The notes below the pieces were generated by a model that worked only from the letters and a program-made list of their open reading frames with translations, was not told the origin of the DNA and did not search any database. A stretch of DNA of 64,000 nucleotides from Octopus sinensis (lineage: Eukaryota): positions 34,782,001 through 34,846,000 of the forward strand of contig NC_043002.1 of NCBI RefSeq assembly GCF_006345805.1, in the 5' to 3' direction. The position numbers and the translations under genes were made by a program. Positions 61,752-64,000 of the stretch are shown in pieces; position 1 is the stretch's first letter, and every line of letters starts with the position of its first letter.

Positions 61752-62353
61752 GATTGGCCTAGTAGTTAGGGTGTTGCACATCAAATTACAAGATCATGGT
61801 TTCAGTATCCCAAGTAGCTGTGTGTTGAGCTCTTGAGCAATACACTTCATTTCATGTTGTTCCAGTCCACTTGGCTGCAAATGGGTAATCCTCTGACAAA
61901 CCAGTGTTCTGTTCAAGGGGGATGCTGGCCTGTCAGCAGAGTGGCATCATTCAAAAGCTACAACTATGTGAAGTAGTGCATTGTGATCAGCTGTGTGTTA
62001 CAGCATCTGGTAGTCTGGTCAATATAATGACATTGTCTATGTTTATATGAGTGTGGATGCTGATATACCACATGCTTGTTATTACCTGCATAAAAAACTG
62101 CTATGTTACATTCCATATAAAAAAATACATCCTGTTGCTTGTGTGCTTTCAAAAACCAATGAAATAAAAAATCCTTTACTTGAAAACAGAAGGGTTGGCA
62201 ATAGGAAGAATATCTAGCTGTATGGTTATAAAACATGTTTCTGTCTAACCCATGCCAGCATAGAAAAAAAGACAAAGCAAATGATATATAGTAATAACAA
62301 TAATAATCCTTAGCAGTAGCTGGCGTGATAATACAGGAGCTTTTATATGCATA

Positions 62354-63149
62354 CTAGCAGAATTGCCCGGCGTTGCTCGGGGCTGAATTGCTTGAAAGTA
62401 CTGTTAATGATTGCACTGAATTATGATGATTATTCAGGCAAATATTGATATAAGCTTACGGTGGGAGATAAGGACTTAACGATCAAACGTGTGCCATTGC
62501 ATTGTTTTGGGGGAACCAAATTTCTGATGAGCATTATAGGGGCACCAACTTTAAGTTTGAGAAAGTGTGGTGGTAGTCCGGGGTGCTCAAAGGAATTGAG
62601 TACCTCTATTGGATAGTTGATGACGTCCTCTGGGTCAGGAGTTGTATCGATAGACTGATATACATAGACTTCCCCAGGAATGAGTTTTAGCATTTCATCA
62701 TTAATATGGTGAACAGTTTTATTCCTCGGGGCCAGTATAGCCTTTTTGCCAATCCAATCCATATTCTGATAATTAGCTTGTAGATCTGGGAACACTGCAT
62801 CTCTGAGATCAGAAGGCGTCTTAACAATGGTACAAATGGAATCGATGGCAATATTACCATTTTCATCCCCTGGTATTTTGCCTTCGCCATATGAGCACGC
62901 ATATTGGTGTGAAGTTTGAGAGTTACTTCCCTTTATTTAAAAAAATATGCATTAAAATGGAAAAAAATGATGGTAAATTATTTGTAAAATCATAGACTCA
63001 TCGTAGACGCGCGCTAATACCCAGAAGGGCTTGATATGAATCACGACTATAAGATACCCGGTTTTGGTTAAACTGCATCGCAAAATGTGGGAGTAGTTAG
63101 GAATCTAAATCGGAGTAGACAGACACACAACCTTTCTTTTATATATAAA
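62354..63149 (-). mobile_element. Internally deleted Helitron carrying a PIF1 helicase fragment
   Basis: VFPDLQANY.N.DWIGKKAILAPRN...NYPIEVLNSFEHPGLPPHFLKLKVGAPIMLIRNL.PPKQCNGTRLIV is a Helitron-type PIF1 segment. The 3' end has a GC hairpin (62365-62383) then CTAG|T. The 5' end is A|TT-TATATAAAA, where TC is expected. Confidence 0.9.
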
Positions 63150-63150
63150 T

Positions 63151-63830
63151 ATTTTCGTCCTAAAAAACTTTGTATGGATTGAATGGTTACCTCTATGGAA
63201 ATATATACACGCACATTATACATACATGTGTGTATAGATGAATATATAAATACATTTAAATATCTATATACACTTTTGGGCGATCTTTCTGTCTCTTAGA
63301 GATAACTTTAGATCTAATTTTCGTCCTAAAAAACTTTGTATGGAGTGAATGGTTACCTCTATGGAAATATATACACACACGTTATACATACATGTGTGCA
63401 TAGATGAATATATAAATACATTTATATATCTATATACACTTTTGGGCGATCTTTGTGCTACTTAGAGATAACTTTAGATCTTATTTTCGTCCTAAAAAAC
63501 TTTGTGCGGAGTGAATGGTTACGTGTATGGAAATATATACACACACATTATACATACATCTGTGTATAGATGAATATATAAATACATTTAAATATCTATA
63601 TACACTTTTGGGCGATCTTTCTGCTACTTGTATATACTTTAGATCTTATATTCGTCCTAAAAAACTTTGTATGGAGTGAAAGGTTACCTCTATGGAAATA
63701 TATACACACACATTATACATACATCTGTGTATAGATGAATATATAAATACATTTAAATATCTATATACACTTTTGGGCGATTTTTCTGCTACTTGGATAT
63801 AGGTCTTATATTCGTCCTAAAAAACTTTCC
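63151..63830. repeat. Tandem array of about 4.2 x 160-166 bp next to the Helitron
   Basis: Anchor TCGTCCTAAAAAACTTT at 63155, 63321, 63487, 63652, 63812. Confidence 0.95.
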
Positions 63831-64000
63831 TGTCACGCACTCACGCACACACACACACACACACATGCACCCTCACACACACACACACTCACACACACAC
63901 ACACACACACACACTCTCACACACACGCACACACACACACGTTAGCTTACAATTTTATTTATATATTTGCGTGTCTATGTGTGTAAAGAGGAAGTGGCAG

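Noticed and set aside
1-64000. Fanzor/TnpB-like nuclease or hammerhead ribozyme associated with the mariner or Helitron elements
   Set aside because: No RuvC/zinc-ribbon signature was seen in any TE fragment, and CTGATGA matches lack the stem II-GAAA context.

Overview
AT-rich, repeat-dense animal genomic DNA. The repeat repertoire (tRNA-derived SINEs with internal microsatellites, abundant RTE LINE 3' ends, R4/Dong-type LINEs, TTAA-flanked MITEs) is most consistent with an octopod cephalopod; this is inference from recognition, not a search result. Two host genes are supported. One is an intact single-ORF MCM10 (50600-53137, minus). The other is the 5' part of a LENG8/THP3-like gene (plus), arranged head-to-head across about 336 bp, with three phase-compatible exons reconstructed by eye (53474-53529, 59621-59998, 60131-60191). 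The rest is intron or intergenic DNA filled with mostly decayed transposons: RTE, R4/Dong, CR1 and Tx1-like LINE fragments, mariner and maT-like elements, hAT and piggyBac-like MITEs, a probable solo LTR, Helitrons and several SINE families, with several datable nested insertions. The best leads are: a compound Helitron carrying a ~166-bp tandem array; RTE LINEs with a PHD-like finger inside the RT region and hypervariable tandem-repeat 3' UTRs; (TAA)n-targeted R4/Dong insertions with a possible non-autonomous partner; a repeated double-C2H2 zinc-finger fragment; and a candidate unannotated minus-strand gene starting near 45.9 kb. No CRISPR array, rRNA, true tRNA gene or prokaryotic-type system is supported. 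Most short ORFs in the track are microsatellite or TE artefacts. All alignments and translations were done by eye, so TE boundaries are approximate unless TSDs or TIRs are quoted.
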